A program made the translations under genes and the position numbers. The notes below the pieces were generated by a model. It ran no database searches and was not told the origin of the DNA. It saw only the letters and a list, made by a program, of their open reading frames with translations. DNA of 63,635 nt, filler included, from Chrysochromulina tobinii (Eukaryota), in the NCBI GenBank assembly GCA_001275005.1. It is 7 parts of 7 records of this genome, joined end to end, with 100 filler letters (N's around TTAATTAATTAA, not from the genome) between each part and the next. Parts side by side here need not be neighbours in the genome. Positions count along the whole stretch, not along the records: positions 32,756 to 35,615 come from JWZX01000012.1; positions 35,716 to 44,868 come from JWZX01000013.1; 5 more parts are not named here. One strand, given 5' to 3'. This document shows positions 32,756-44,968 of the stretch, piece after piece. Numbering within the stretch: the first letter of the stretch is position 1; each line of letters begins with the position of its first letter.

Positions 32756-35615
32756 CGTCGGTGAGGGAGACGGGGCGGTGCGACGTGCAGAGATCCCGTA
32801 CTCCTTTTCCTTTGAAGAGGATCGATACGATCGCTTCGCGCATATTTGGGGTTAGTTTTTCGTTACCAAATAATTTGCATGCGAGGCGCGCGAGGTGTGC
32901 AGCCATGCGCTTGCGCCACGCCCTGTGTGCGAGGAGGTCGGTCGTAATGCCTGTACCTCCCGGCATGGTGCCTTTACGGATCGCATCTAATGCTTTTGAA
33001 ATCATGAGCGGGGTGAAGATCTTGTCGATCGTGAGCGACGCAGCGGTAGCCGCGTCGAGGTGGCGTGAGGTATCTTGCAAGATGGGCTCGAGCATGCGCC
33101 GTGTGGCTTCCTCGTCAGGACGCCAGTCAGTTTCATTGAAGAGCGCTTTCCAATGCTCGTGGCAGCCCGCGGCCACCTCGTGTTGCCCACGCACGGTCTT
33201 AAGCTTTGGGTCTCCCTTGGCGTCGACGCCATCCGGGACCCGGAGCTCGTCGAAGGGTAGGCTGATGGCTTTATCTGGTTTAATGGACTCGTACAGTGAT
33301 TTGCTATCGCTCTGTTCGCGGCGCCATCGCTGTTGCTCGCGTGTGTTCGCATGTGCTTCGGCGCGGCGTTGCATCGCCCGATGCAGTTGCGCTCGTACGC
33401 GCTCGGCTTGCGCCTTGTGTGCTGTCAAGAGTGGGGAGAGTTTGTGAATCTGGCGCATCTCGCGCTGCAGATTGTCAAGTTTGCTGATGAGCGTGTGTGT
33501 CTCACGGATGTTTGCCTTCCGATCCGCGGTTCGATACCCATCGATCATGGCAGAGACAGTTGCCGTATAGTTGGCTTCAGTCTCCTCCGGGTCACGCTGT
33601 TCGTCCTTGAGGATGGTGTCGACACACGACTCTATCTCGGCGCGGCGTGCAGCCGAAAGGCCGCTTAATGTGTATCGCGGTCTATGGGGTGGCCGTTGGA
33701 TGTCACTCAATCGCAGCACTGCTTTGACCGCCTTGTGGTCCGGCGCGGCCCTCAAGGTACCGGATTGGCCGACCACCTGCAGCAGGTTCTGATGGACATG
33801 GGCTGCGTCAACGAGGCCGGGGACGCTACCAATCATCCTTGGGTCGACGAGCACCCGATCGATTGCTCGCCCTGTTCTGGAGGTTCCATGTGCTTTCCCC
33901 GGGTGGGTGACGACATACGCATCTTCGAGACCGCCTGCGCTCTCACACCCAAGCTTGCGACAAACAGTAGTGTAGGCTTTTAGCATCCGTGCGCGCGCCG
34001 TTCCTTCGCGGGCGGGTGGAGCACCGTCCCGAGTCCGCTTGTTGGTGTCAGTGCCTGGTTCTCTCGGTTCTTCGAAATTAAAGTCGCCCATCCACACCCC
34101 TTGTCGGTCAGGCTGTTTTGGGTCAACGGGCGGAATGTGGTTGAGGAGGTTCTCAAAGTATATGGCTCGTTTGTCGTCCGATTCGGGATCGGCGTGGCTG
34201 ATGACCACGATCATCGGTAAGCGTCCCAGGGGGTTCATTTTTGCTATAAGCGTGTGCCCGGTGGGGTCTTGATACACAATCTCGACCGGCATCGAACCTA
34301 ATCGGTTTGACACGAGTAAGGCCATGCCCGTTTTTAGTCTTTTTCCTGGGGCGAACCAAGCGCGATATCCCCCCTGGCGTCGGGTGGCGGCGCTCTCCAT
34401 TTCAGAACGTACTAGTGCGTCCACATTCATCTCGCACGCTCCTACAACATCCATCTCCTGGAGTAGACGCTCGATCCAGTTCTCTCGCGCTACTTTGTCG
34501 GAGAGTTGACCGCTGCTATTGTGAAAGCCGATGCGAAGCTCGCTCTGAAACTGACCGGCGCGTAATTCCCACGTCTTTGGTGCGTACCTCCGTCCCGTTC
34601 GGCGGGAGCGTGCATCGTGCGCGGGCTTGGCTTTCGGCGGTGTCACTGGCATCTTTGTATCGAGTTTCAGATCGCGTCTCCAGCGGACTTGTCGGTCTTC
34701 CCCTTGCTGTAGTAAGTTTGGGCGCTTTTGATCGAAACAGCAGCCGCAGAGTTGGCAGAGGTATCGATAATACATCCCTCCCCCTCCCGGGATTTGGCGG
34801 GCGGCCCGTGTGCCATCGAGGAGTGTCTTGTGGTTATCGGGGCAGGTGGGTGTCCTATCCCACGGGATTGGTGCACATCTCGTCATATCTATGTGCCCTC
34901 CTGGGATTGGGATTGGTGCTAGTGGTGGGAGGTTGAAGGGGACACCGTCTTGTGCCTTCGCTGGTGTCGAGACGAGCATTTGTGAAGGCAGGGGTCGTTT
35001 GTTGCTCGCGGTAGGCGGGGTGGGTCGAAACGTTGGTGCGTTGGGGTTGAGTTTGTGTCTTGCGGCGATCCCCGCGGCAACTTGCGCGGCGACGTGGCTG
35101 GCCAGCGACTGTGGTGATAGGAATGCGGGTGACGCATGTGGCGGGGATGGTGTTGATGGGGTATCATGTGGCCCTGCTCCTCGGAGACGGAGTGAGGGAG
35201 CAAATTTTAATGTAGGTGTGCTCTTTGCATTGTTATCCGTAGGTGATGCAATGATTGTGGTTGTGAGAGACTCCGGGAGGTTCGGAAGTTGTAACTTATG
35301 TACGTAAGATTTTCTGTTGTGAGTTACTTCTCTCATGGTATCTCTGCTGGGCTCGCGTTCCCTAGGCAACACATGTGTGATCGTATGAGGATCCGGAATG
35401 CACAAGTGCAGCATGCTTCCCCTGTGGTTGATGTAATCTCCCTTCCTTATGGCGGTATGCATCGTTTGCTTGGTATCCATCGCCTGTGTCGGTATGCGCG
35501 GCGGTGTATTTGGCCTCTCTCTCTCTTTCTCTGCCTGTCTCATGCTCATGGGAGATTCCGTGATCGACTGTGTGGTAAGCGCCTGTGGCGGTACACTGTG
35601 CGATGGTGGGGCGTC
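32756..35615 (-). mobile_element. Non-LTR (LINE, L1/Tx1-like) retrotransposon fragment: APE endonuclease and start of RT
   Basis: Frame open across the whole contig. APE motifs FHNSSG, GACE, TGMALL, MGDFN, EDAY, IDRVL, PDHKAV. RT entry PGGTG, ILFKGKG, HRPVSL. Lower GC than host genes. Confidence 0.9.
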
Positions 35616-35715
35616 NNNNNNNNNNNNNNNNNNNNNNNNNNNNNNNNNNNNNNNNNNNNTTAATTAATTAANNNNNNNNNNNNNNNNNNNNNNNNNNNNN
35701 NNNNNNNNNNNNNNN
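35616..35715. other. Artificial contig spacer
   Basis: N44-TTAATTAATTAA-N44. Confidence 0.99.
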
Positions 35716-36940
35716 CGGCTCCGCCGCGTTTGTCGTGCCCCACCCTCCTCAGACCCGTACTGTCTAGAACAGGGGACTCAGAGCTCGGCCTCACAAGGCC
35801 AGCTCTCGGGGCTGATTATTACTTAACATCCCTAACAAGTGTGATGCACAGAGAAGACGCATCCGGTCTCGTGAAGTGTGAAGATTGGATCATACGCCTA
35901 GTAGGAAGGTGCTGAGAAGTCTGAGATACTGATTCTGTTTCACTTTGGAGGACTGGACGACAACGGACAAGCACTCGATGCCGCCGCCAGCCCATGCGCC
36001 AGCCGCGGCGAGTGCTTCGAGTGCACACGGTCTCCTTGACCGATCAACCGACGCAGGGATGCCGCCCGGACTGCTCGGTGCAGCAGCGGCAGCTCAAGCG
36101 GCAAGCTGGCGCGGCCATCATCCTATCCTACCCTCATCCGGCTATCGGCACTCCGACTCGTTCTGTGGTCGATGAACTTTGACGGCGTCGGGTAAGAAGC
36201 GGCTGATTCGCAGATGCTCGCCGTGGACGACTCGCAGGTCCAGGTGCCCGGTAGGTGCCCGTGCCCGCACGGCGCACTGCAATTGAGAGATGTACTCAGA
36301 CTTGTACAGAAGCTGAGCTAAGGAGCGAATGGTTAGAATGGGCAATGGGGTAGCGTAGACGGCTCATGGTATAAGCCGATCAGGGCGACGAAAAATAGGG
36401 CGACGGAAGGGACGTATGATGGCGTCCATGTAGCGCGCGTTGGTATGTGTGACAAAGTCGGCCCACAGTGACAAACACAGTGCATCACCGAGGGTGGCAC
36501 GCACTTGCTTGACAATGCGCATAAGCGCAGCCCGCTCCAGCGCTGCTGTGCGCGCTTGCGCACCTTCATGGCAAATTTGACCCGGAGGGCGGGTTGGTAC
36601 GCCGCAGGCCGTGGCCGTGCGCCGCGGGCTGCGATCGTGCCATGGCTTAGGGGGGCAAGCCGTCACAGCTCGATCGCGAGTCCGGGCTTGGCGGGCGGCG
36701 GCACGGAGGGCACCCCCGGTGCGGGCGGCGGCACGGAGGGCACCCCCGGTGTCGTCGTTGAGCTCGACATGAGCTGCAGAGTACGTTGGAAGACTCGCTT
36801 CAGTCGGAAGAAGTGTTCGCTCGCGTTCAGAAAGCACCCTATTGAAAACGCCTTTTAAGGCAGCTTCCAAATTAGGAAATAACTTCACAGAACCCAAAAC
36901 AGCGATCCACACATGTTCACAGTGCTCTCACAATCATTTT

Positions 36941-38374
36941 CTACAGCTCCAACACATATCCACTCCGGCCCCTCACCGCATCTTGCACCGCTTTTTTTCC
37001 TGCATCTCCCATGTTGCTGTTGTACTGGAGGTTGAGCTTGGTCAGGACCGCGTTGACCTTCAGCGCCTCCGCGATCGCCTTGGCACCGTCGTCGCCGATG
37101 CGACCGGAAAACAAGGCGCCAGCCAAATCCAGGCTGGTCAACACCGCGTTGACCTTCAGCGCCTCCGCGATCGCCTTGGCACCCTCATCCGGGATGTTGT
37201 TGCCCCCGAGCCAGAGCTCGGTCACCACCGCGTTGACCTTCAGCGCCTCCGCGATCGCCTTGGCTCCGTCGTCGCGGATGGAGTTGGCCTGGAGGTCCAC
37301 CGAGGTCAACACCGCGTTGACCTTCAGTGCCTCCGCGATTGCCTTGGCACCCTCATCCCCGATGCTGTTGTTCGAGAGGAAGAGGGTGGTCACCACCGCC
37401 ATGAACTTCAGGTCAGACGCGATGAGGATGGCGTCGGCGGGTCGGAGGTTCTGGCCTGAGAAATAGGCCAAACTCTGGTCACGCGTCATGCCCGAGAGCA
37501 TGATGCCCTTCTCCGCGCCGATCTTGGCGAGCATCGTGGCCGACTTAACGTCGAGGCTGTTCTTGAGCAAGTTGCAATTCTTGAGCACCACCGACATAGC
37601 AGGGAAGAAATAGGCAACGAGCATGGCTGCAGCCACTTGGAGCCCGGACAAGTTGAGCACCGTGACGCCGCCCTCGCGCAGTTGCTGCACTGGGAAACCG
37701 CAAACGATTCCCGAGCCCGCACAGGCAACAGCTGCGATCGTCAGTTCCAACGGCGGCTCTCCTTCGCCTGAGATACAGCTGTTGAGAGCATCCTTTGCTG
37801 TCCCATGTAGCAATGAAGGGCGGCGCATGTCGCCAGCCCCGTTTTGCAGATCCGCGGCCCGAACAGCGGCCACGTCCACCACATAGCCGTAGCCATGGAG
37901 GCGCGCAAGCCCAGGCAGCATCCGCCCCGCTACGGCCGCGTCCCCGGGCCGGCCGGCCTCGATCAGCTGCTCCACGTCAAGGTCGGTGATCTGATCCAGA
38001 CGTGTGGGTACTGGCTGCCCGCCGCGGCGGCACAGGCGCGAGCAGAGGACACGTTGCGCCAGCGCCCGCCACGATCGAGTCACGCCCTTGAGCTCGGCCA
38101 ACGTGGCCACGTCCACCAGGCCCAGAGCAGCCTCCATGGCGTCCGCCGAGAACGAGGGCTGCTGCAGCGGCTCGGGCGGTAACGTGGAGCTGGCCGGCTG
38201 CTGCGGCGCCTCAACGTCTTCCGGTACAAATGCCGGCTCAGCATTTGGCGGCGCGTGCTTCTCAGCGCTGCCAAAGTCACCGCCCGCGCCGATCAGCGCG
38301 CAGAGTTCGGGGGCGCGCTTGCCGTTGAGTCGGGAGGCGATCGCGTGCTGGATGTGCTGGAAGCGCCGATTCAT
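36941..38374 (-). CDS. Skp1-like C-terminal segment + F-box-like + RI-type LRR (NLRC3-like) protein, possibly 5'-truncated
   Basis: 28-aa repeats LxxNxIGDEGAKAIAEALKVNAVLT; IASRLNGKRAPELCALIG..DF; ALGLVDVATLAELKGVTRSWRALA. Confidence 0.75.
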   Translation of the reverse strand: MNRRFQHIQHAIASRLNGKRAPELCALIGAGGDFGSAEKHAPPNAEPAFVPEDVEAPQQPASSTLPPEPLQQPSFSADAMEAALGLVDVATLAELKGVTRSWRALAQRVLCSRLCRRGGQPVPTRLDQITDLDVEQLIEAGRPGDAAVAGRMLPGLARLHGYGYVVDVAAVRAADLQNGAGDMRRPSLLHGTAKDALNSCISGEGEPPLELTIAAVACAGSGIVCGFPVQQLREGGVTVLNLSGLQVAAAMLVAYFFPAMSVVLKNCNLLKNSLDVKSATMLAKIGAEKGIMLSGMTRDQSLAYFSGQNLRPADAILIASDLKFMAVVTTLFLSNNSIGDEGAKAIAEALKVNAVLTSVDLQANSIRDDGAKAIAEALKVNAVVTELWLGGNNIPDEGAKAIAEALKVNAVLTSLDLAGALFSGRIGDDGAKAIAEALKVNAVLTKLNLQYNSNMGDAGKKAVQDAVRGRSGYVLEL

Positions 38375-38554
38375 ACGTCGCACCGTCGCCGGAGCTCGGT
38401 TGACTCTGCTTCCTCTTCGGTCTTGTCAGCGTCGCTGAACGTGACGTGTTGGTGTGAATGATTGTATTGTTTTCACGGCTGTGCTGCTTACGTGTTGTGT
38501 GATTCATGATGAATGAACGTGTAAGCCCAATGAACGTGACGAAACATCGAAAAG

Positions 38555-39253
38555 ATGGCGGCGAGAGGCGCGGGCGTCGAGTCCGACCCGATCGAGATCG
38601 ATCTGGACGACTCTCTTGCTCCATTGACGAGCGCCGCAGGCAGCTGCCCGGCTGCCGCCGCACCCGTGGCACCAGCAGCCTCTGCAACCGCGCCGCCGAA
38701 GGGCAAGCGCATCCTGAAGCGAAAGCACGGGGCCGCACAGGCGCCGCCCACCGCACCTGGCGCACACGACGCCGGTATCGATTACGGCGAGATCACTGCT
38801 GAGATCGCGGCAGATAACTTGGCAGCTCACATTGCTGCCAAGGCGGACCAAGAGATGGCGCCCGCTCCCTCGACCTCGAAAGCGGGTGCAGCTCCGACGC
38901 TTGATCCCGCTGCCGACGATTTCGGCGACGACGAGGAGGGCCAATTCAGCGACATCGAACCACCCGCTCCCGCTCCAGTGGTCAGACCGTCATCAAGCGG
39001 ACCTGTGGACGATGCTGATTTTGACTTCTCTGGCAGCGTGGCGGCGGTTCGGCAGCGCTGCCCGCTGTGTGACAAGCCGCTGGCGCTGAGCTGGAACGAG
39101 CAGCGCGGCCGCTTGGAACACACCGTCGCGGCCAAGCTGCGCAGCACTGTCTACCACCTTGAATGCGTACTGATTAGACGGGGTCCGGGCGAGGACCAGC
39201 CAGCGCAGATGCAGGGCTCCAGGCGGTCTTGCGCCACTGACGGGTCGCTCTGA
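38555..39253 (+). CDS. Acidic protein with PCF11-like C-terminal zinc finger
   Basis: CPLCDKPL..SWNEQ..VYHLEC. Confidence 0.55.
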   Translation: MAARGAGVESDPIEIDLDDSLAPLTSAAGSCPAAAAPVAPAASATAPPKGKRILKRKHGAAQAPPTAPGAHDAGIDYGEITAEIAADNLAAHIAAKADQEMAPAPSTSKAGAAPTLDPAADDFGDDEEGQFSDIEPPAPAPVVRPSSSGPVDDADFDFSGSVAAVRQRCPLCDKPLALSWNEQRGRLEHTVAAKLRSTVYHLECVLIRRGPGEDQPAQMQGSRRSCATDGSL

Positions 39254-39588
39254 CCGTCTGACGGGGCCGGGCCGCGGGCGGCTCACCCCAGGCTGCAGGC
39301 CGCCCACAGGTCGGTACGAGTACAGAGCTTTATCCCTAGCAAGGAAAGAATGGGAGCTGTTGTATCAGCATGCGCTGTAGCCAGCATGCGCTACCTGAGA
39401 CGTCAAATCACGCACACACCGTCGCACACACGCCGCACCGCCCGAGCGCCCGACGGCGCATACATCGCCGCCGCCCGCCCGGTGCTGCTCGGATCTTGCA
39501 CGACCCATGCGGATGGCACGGGCACAGCTCAGACGGTCAAGTGAGACCAGTTTGGCTTTGCGCGGGAGACCGAGACGGCCGGTGTCGC

Positions 39589-40616
39589 TCACGGCGTGAT
39601 GTTGAGCGCGAGGCCGAACTTGTGGTCCGACGCCTGCAGGTTCACAGCGTTGATCTCCGCGGCAAGGGTCATGGTGGTGAGGGACGAGATCTTCTGCTTG
39701 TACGCGAGGGAGAGCTTGCCGTCGGCATCCACCTTGCTCTTGACGGTGGTGTCCTTGTCGAGCTTGTACTGGCAGCCGAAGTCGACGCCGAAGGCGGCGG
39801 CCGAGAGCGGCTTCTTAACGGCCACGCCCACCTGCATCAGCGGCGAGACTTTGTGGTAGAGCGAGCAAGAGACCGCGTCGCTCTTGGCCGGGTCCATCTC
39901 GTACTTGCCCGAGACTGTGTACTCGGGCAGCACGCACTGGAAGGCGAGGGCGCCCTTCTTGAGCTTGCCCGCCGGGCTGAGCGAGCAGTCCGCGCCGCAC
40001 GTGAACGCGCCGTACACGGTGCTGCACGAGGCGAGAAGGTCCTTCTTGATGTAGTCGAAGCTCGTCTTGCATGTCATGAGATCGGTCTTGTACTCGAGGA
40101 TCATGTTGGCCTTGGCGAAGAAACCCTTGGCGGGCTTGTCGCCATCGGCCATCGCCTTCTCGCACTCGGCCGTGATCAGCAGGCCCTTCATCAGCAAGTC
40201 CGTCGCCTTGAACTCACTGCTCATGCCGCCAGCCGTCGTGAAGGTGCCGATGCCCTCGAGCCACGGCAGGATCATGTACGCTGCCTTGAGCTCGCCGCTG
40301 ACGACGGTCTTGCCCTTCTTGTCCTCCTTGTCAGCCTTTGGCGTGAAGGTCTGCGCACGAGGCGTGCGCGGGCGCGGCACACGCGTGAGGCCGAGTCCTC
40401 CGAGGCGCGCGCGCGCGCGGCACACGCGTGAGGCCGAGTCCTCCTGCGCGTGGATGGCTGCTGCTTCGGCGGGGGCAGCACGACGGCACTCACCACGCCG
40501 CTCGCCGTCTTCGACTCAATCTCGACGGTGGTCTTGCCAACCTGCTTGAAGTCCTTGGTGAGAAGGTCGTTGGCGAGCTTGCCAATGTCCTTGTACACAG
40601 TGCATGCCTTGCCCAT
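39589..40616 (-). CDS. VDAC: Mitochondrial porin (VDAC); intron 40351-40493
   Basis: YKDIGKLANDLLTKDF N-terminus; CQYKLDKDTTVKSKVD..LSLAYKQKI..HKFGLAL; GTGAGT..CAG intron in frame. Confidence 0.93.
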
Positions 40617-41310
40617 GGTGCCTGTCTGAACGCAGATCAGCACAGCACGCACGCACATACGTCAGAAGGGATCTTCCACGAAGAGCGGCTGCACTTCGAG
40701 CGGCGTCGCAGGCTGCGATGCAAGTGCTGCGGCCTCCAGGCGGCCACTGCTGCCTGTCGGTCCGCCGCCGCGCCAGTATCAGCCAGGCCGGGACGTCAGC
40801 CAAGAGAGTGAGAGGGCTTCGACACACAAATGCAAAAAGTGATGACTGTGAGTCACGTCAGACCGAAGGCAACCTCGAACACGAGATCGCTAGGCCGCGC
40901 GAAGAACCTTTTGCGATCGAAGTACCATCGGCAAATCGCCCTGCCGAAATGAAAACGCACAAACGAAATATTACACCGATTTTCGTTTCGATGCGACCAT
41001 GGCATGCGTCTTCACTTTGGATCAGCTACTGAAGATCCAAAGTGAAGACGCTGACATGATCGTAACCACCATACACGTTCAGCCTGCCGCGTGAACACTC
41101 GATTCTCCTGACGCTGTTGATCTGAGTGGCCTCTGACCTGTCGGTTCTCCCGACGATTGAGGTGGCCCGATGAGTTTCCGATACTACTCGCCCTCTCCTT
41201 CAGAGGCACGGGCAAACGCGCCGCGACGGGTGGTAGCGATCCGGCACGCCGTGCATCGGCGTCGACGGCGTGCACACGCGCCGCAGCGCTGTCATCGACA
41301 TTCTGGAGGC

Positions 41311-41803
41311 CTACACGGGCTGGGCAAAGGGCTGCGGGCACCACTGCAGCGGCTGCAGCGCCTGCGGGCCCAGCTTCATGCGCCGCTGCCGTGCGTGCTC
41401 GAGCGGCTTGTAGTGCTGCTGGAAGGCGTGGTCGAGCCGCGGGGGCTTCCACAGCGGCGCGTCCAAGGGGACGGCGCCGTGTTGTCTCCATGGGCCGGGG
41501 TCACCAAACGGAGATCGGCGCGTGGCCACGGAGACGGGCTCGCTCCTCGCGGAGATGGGCGCGAGTTGCATGCCGGCGTGCGTGCGCATCCCTGAACGCG
41601 AGGAGTAGGATCCCGACGGCGACGTGGATACTTCCCGCGGCTCCGGTCTGTGGCCTCCGTGTCGCCTCACGTCGAGCTCGTGCAAGAGCGGGTTAGTTCC
41701 GAAGAGGAGCTGCTGATCTGAGGGGCCGGGGGATTCCCATGATGAATTGTCATCGGTGACCGTCACAGTGGACTCCTTAGCGAATGCCGGCGTCTCGTCC
41801 ATC
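41311..41803 (-). CDS. Hypothetical protein
   Basis: ATG-initiated ORF divergent from DDX47; no motif. Confidence 0.3.
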
Positions 41804-42092
41804 ACGAACCCAGCGACGAGTCGATTCTGCGGCACCGATCCATGGTGTGTCGTCGTACTAGCACATGTACGGACCGTTCCGAAGATCGGTTACACTGCTG
41901 AACATATCAAAACAGGCAAGTTCAGTTTCGACTCGACGATTATTTACGAACCACAAGCACGTGCATATATCGCGAATGAACTGCCTACTGGCTGGGGCTC
42001 GCGTGTTTTCAAACTTGATCTTTCGAAGAAGGCTTCGTCACACGACGCGCTCACGACGTGGACAAGCTGGACCGCGCGGTCCCGTCCAGCTC

Positions 42093-43595
42093 ATGAAGAT
42101 CCTCGAGGTCCAGGCTAGCAAGGCGGCCAAGAAGGCCAAGAAGAAGCAGGCTGCCGCGACTGATGACACACCCGTTGCCGCCGCTGAGCCGCTCGCTGAA
42201 GCCGAAGCCGAAGCCGATGCCGAGGCTGAGGCCGAGGCCACAGACACTGTGGTGACCGATGCCCCTCCCGGGACCTGCAACTCGGGCGCGACGTTCGCCT
42301 CGCTTGGGCTGTCGGACGCACTGTGCGAGGCGTGCGCGTCAATGAACTTTAAGGCGCCCTCTCCAATCCAGCGCGAGGCCATCCCATGGGCGCTGCAGGG
42401 CCGCGACATCATTGGGCTCGCAGAGACCGGCTCAGGCAAGACGGCGGCGTTCGCGCTGCCCGTGCTGCACAAGCTGCTCGAGGCGCCGCAGCCGCTCTTT
42501 GCGCTGGTCGTCGCGCCGACGCGCGAGCTCGCCTTCCAGATTGGCGAGCAGTTCGAGGCGCTCGGTTCGACGATCGGCGTCAAGTGTGCGGTCGCCGTGG
42601 GCGGTGTCGACATGGTCGCGCAGTCGATCATGCTGGCGAAGCGGCCGCATGTGGTGGTGGGCACGCCGGGCCGGCTGGTGGACCACCTGCAGAATACGAA
42701 GGGCTTTTCGGTGCGCGCCGTCAAGTTCCTCATCCTGGACGAGGCGGACAAGCTGCTCAACATGGACTTTGAAAAAGAACTCGACATCATCTTGGGTGCG
42801 GTGCCCAAGGAGCGCAACACGTTCCTCTTCTCTGCGACGATGACGTCGAAGGTGAAGAAGCTGCAGCGCGCGTCGCTCACCAATCCGGTCAAGGTCGAAG
42901 TCTCGAATAAGTACGGCACCGTCAAGTCGCTGCTCCAGCAGTACCTATTCGTCCCCGCCAAGCACAAGGACTGCTACCTCGCGTACGTGTGCAACGAGCT
43001 CGCGGGGCACTCGACGATCATCTTCGTGGCGACGTGCGCGACGGCGCAGCGGCTCGCGCTGCTGCTGCGCGCGCTCGGCTTCCCCGCCGTCCCCCTCCAC
43101 GGCCAGCTCTCTCAGGCGAAACGCCTGGGCTCCCTCAACAAGTTCAAGAGCGGCGACCGCTCCTTGTTGATCGCGACCGACGTGGCCTCGCGTGGTCTGG
43201 ACATCCCTTCCGTCGACCTCGTGCTCAACTACGAGCTGCCGGCGAACTCGAAGGACTACATCCATCGCGTGGGGCGCACCGCGCGTGCCGGCCGTGCAGG
43301 GCGCGCGGTCACCCTGATCACGCAGTACGACGTTGAGATCTACCAGCGCATTGAGCACATGCTGGGGCAGAAGCTCGAGGCATTCCCAGCGCCGAGTGAG
43401 GAGGTACTACTGCTCATGGAGCGCGTGGGTGAGGCGCAGCGGCTCGCGACCATGGAGATGCGCTCCTCAGAGCATAAGAAGCACCATACTGGTAAGCGCG
43501 CGCGCGGGGAGGGCGCCGAGGGCGGCGATGATGACCCCGAGATGTCGCGCATGATGGCGCAGGCGCAGCGCGCGGGTAAGAAGCAGCGCAGGTGA
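42093..43595 (+). CDS. DDX47: DEAD-box RNA helicase DDX47/RRP3
   Basis: [31 protein letters not shown]; family-typical [19 protein letters not shown] and KHKDCYL. Confidence 0.95.
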   Translation: MKILEVQASKAAKKAKKKQAAATDDTPVAAAEPLAEAEAEADAEAEAEATDTVVTDAPPGTCNSGATFASLGLSDALCEACASMNFKAPSPIQREAIPWALQGRDIIGLAETGSGKTAAFALPVLHKLLEAPQPLFALVVAPTRELAFQIGEQFEALGSTIGVKCAVAVGGVDMVAQSIMLAKRPHVVVGTPGRLVDHLQNTKGFSVRAVKFLILDEADKLLNMDFEKELDIILGAVPKERNTFLFSATMTSKVKKLQRASLTNPVKVEVSNKYGTVKSLLQQYLFVPAKHKDCYLAYVCNELAGHSTIIFVATCATAQRLALLLRALGFPAVPLHGQLSQAKRLGSLNKFKSGDRSLLIATDVASRGLDIPSVDLVLNYELPANSKDYIHRVGRTARAGRAGRAVTLITQYDVEIYQRIEHMLGQKLEAFPAPSEEVLLLMERVGEAQRLATMEMRSSEHKKHHTGKRARGEGAEGGDDDPEMSRMMAQAQRAGKKQRR

Positions 43596-44041
43596 ATGCT
43601 CGAGGAGGCAGATCGGCGTGTGGGGGATCAGCCGCCCCCCGCTGTGCGAGCGTGTACATGTAGAGAGCTGGGGTAGAGAGGCGATAGACGAGTCCCGTAC
43701 ATGTAGTAACCTCGACGTCCCTCGTCCGCACGGATCCGTGCTGCGGTGTGCGTATGCGAGGAGAATAGTAGTTCCAAAGCGTGAGCTAACGAAGGAAGGT
43801 GCGCCTCGAGCGCAATTGCAGAACGGAGGCACTACGACCCGCGTGCATGCATTTTTGTACCCCATGTCCTGTTTCGTCTTTCGCTTTTCCGCGACCGTGT
43901 GGGACCGCGGTGCTTCTTAGTTCTTTTCTTTTTGGTCCAGGTAAGCGTGCATGAACGTGGGCAGCCAGCTTCGAGGGCCGCCGCCGCCGCCACCGCCGCC
44001 GCCCTCGCCAACGAACAGCGGCGCTCGAGCGAGCGGTCCAG

Positions 44042-44656
44042 ATGCCCACGGCAGCGACAGGCACACCCAATCCACCGAGCGCATCGTCGAGCGTGGCAAG
44101 TGCAGTGGGTGCAGATCAGAGCAGCGCGCTGTCCTCAGCCACGGCGCGCCTCGAGCTGGCAAAGCTCCACTATGCTGCCCTTCCGGTCGAGGCGCGCCTT
44201 GCTCGGGTCTACGGCTCGTGTCCGCACCAACAAAAGGGTGTCGACTGGATGCAGTACCCCACGCAGAGGCGGCGCCGTCGGCAGCCCCCCTCCCAGGACG
44301 AGCCGACTCGTCCATTACAGAACTTGGCGGAGAGCGGTGCGCTGCCTGCGAAGATGCCGCTATCGGAGGGAGCTCGGTGGGCCGCGGGCGCGACAGGCGA
44401 CCAGCTGGACAGTTTGCTCGCGGCGGCCGCGGCGCTGAAGACGCCGTACGAGACGCCTACTCCACGCGCGCTGGTGTGGACGCCGACCGGCGAGCCCTCT
44501 CCACGCGCGAAGCCGAGGGCGCGCTCCCTCGAGCCCGTCGTGCCTGCCGCGCTGCGCCTCGACAAGGGCCGCAGCAGGAACCCCGCCTACTGGGAGAAGG
44601 ATCACATGGAGCGCACGCTCGTGCAGCCGTGGGGAGGGCCACCGTCAGATCTTTGA
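44042..44656 (+). CDS. Hypothetical protein
   Basis: 204-aa ATG ORF with plausible codon usage; no motif. Confidence 0.4.
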   Translation: MPTAATGTPNPPSASSSVASAVGADQSSALSSATARLELAKLHYAALPVEARLARVYGSCPHQQKGVDWMQYPTQRRRRRQPPSQDEPTRPLQNLAESGALPAKMPLSEGARWAAGATGDQLDSLLAAAAALKTPYETPTPRALVWTPTGEPSPRAKPRARSLEPVVPAALRLDKGRSRNPAYWEKDHMERTLVQPWGGPPSDL

Positions 44657-44868
44657 CGTCGATCTCGATACTGCACAAGACAAGAAACTGCACAAGACAA
44701 GATACTGCACACCCTCAATCCATAGAGATGCGGCCCTGGGCCTCTCATACTTGGGGGTCCGTTTCGCGTCGTGTTGAGCCGCCACTCGATGCTCGGTCAG
44801 GTGTTTGAGTAATCTAGAAAAATTCCAGGGCTGGTTCCAGCGCATCCCAACCACCCGAGGGGGTCCCC

Positions 44869-44968
44869 NNNNNNNNNNNNNNNNNNNNNNNNNNNNNNNN
44901 NNNNNNNNNNNNTTAATTAATTAANNNNNNNNNNNNNNNNNNNNNNNNNNNNNNNNNNNNNNNNNNNN
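44869..44968. other. Artificial contig spacer
   Basis: N44-TTAATTAATTAA-N44. Confidence 0.99.

Noticed and set aside
35716..36912. Short ORFs downstream of the LRR gene
   Set aside because: Fragmented by stops with no identifiable domain; at most decayed sequence.
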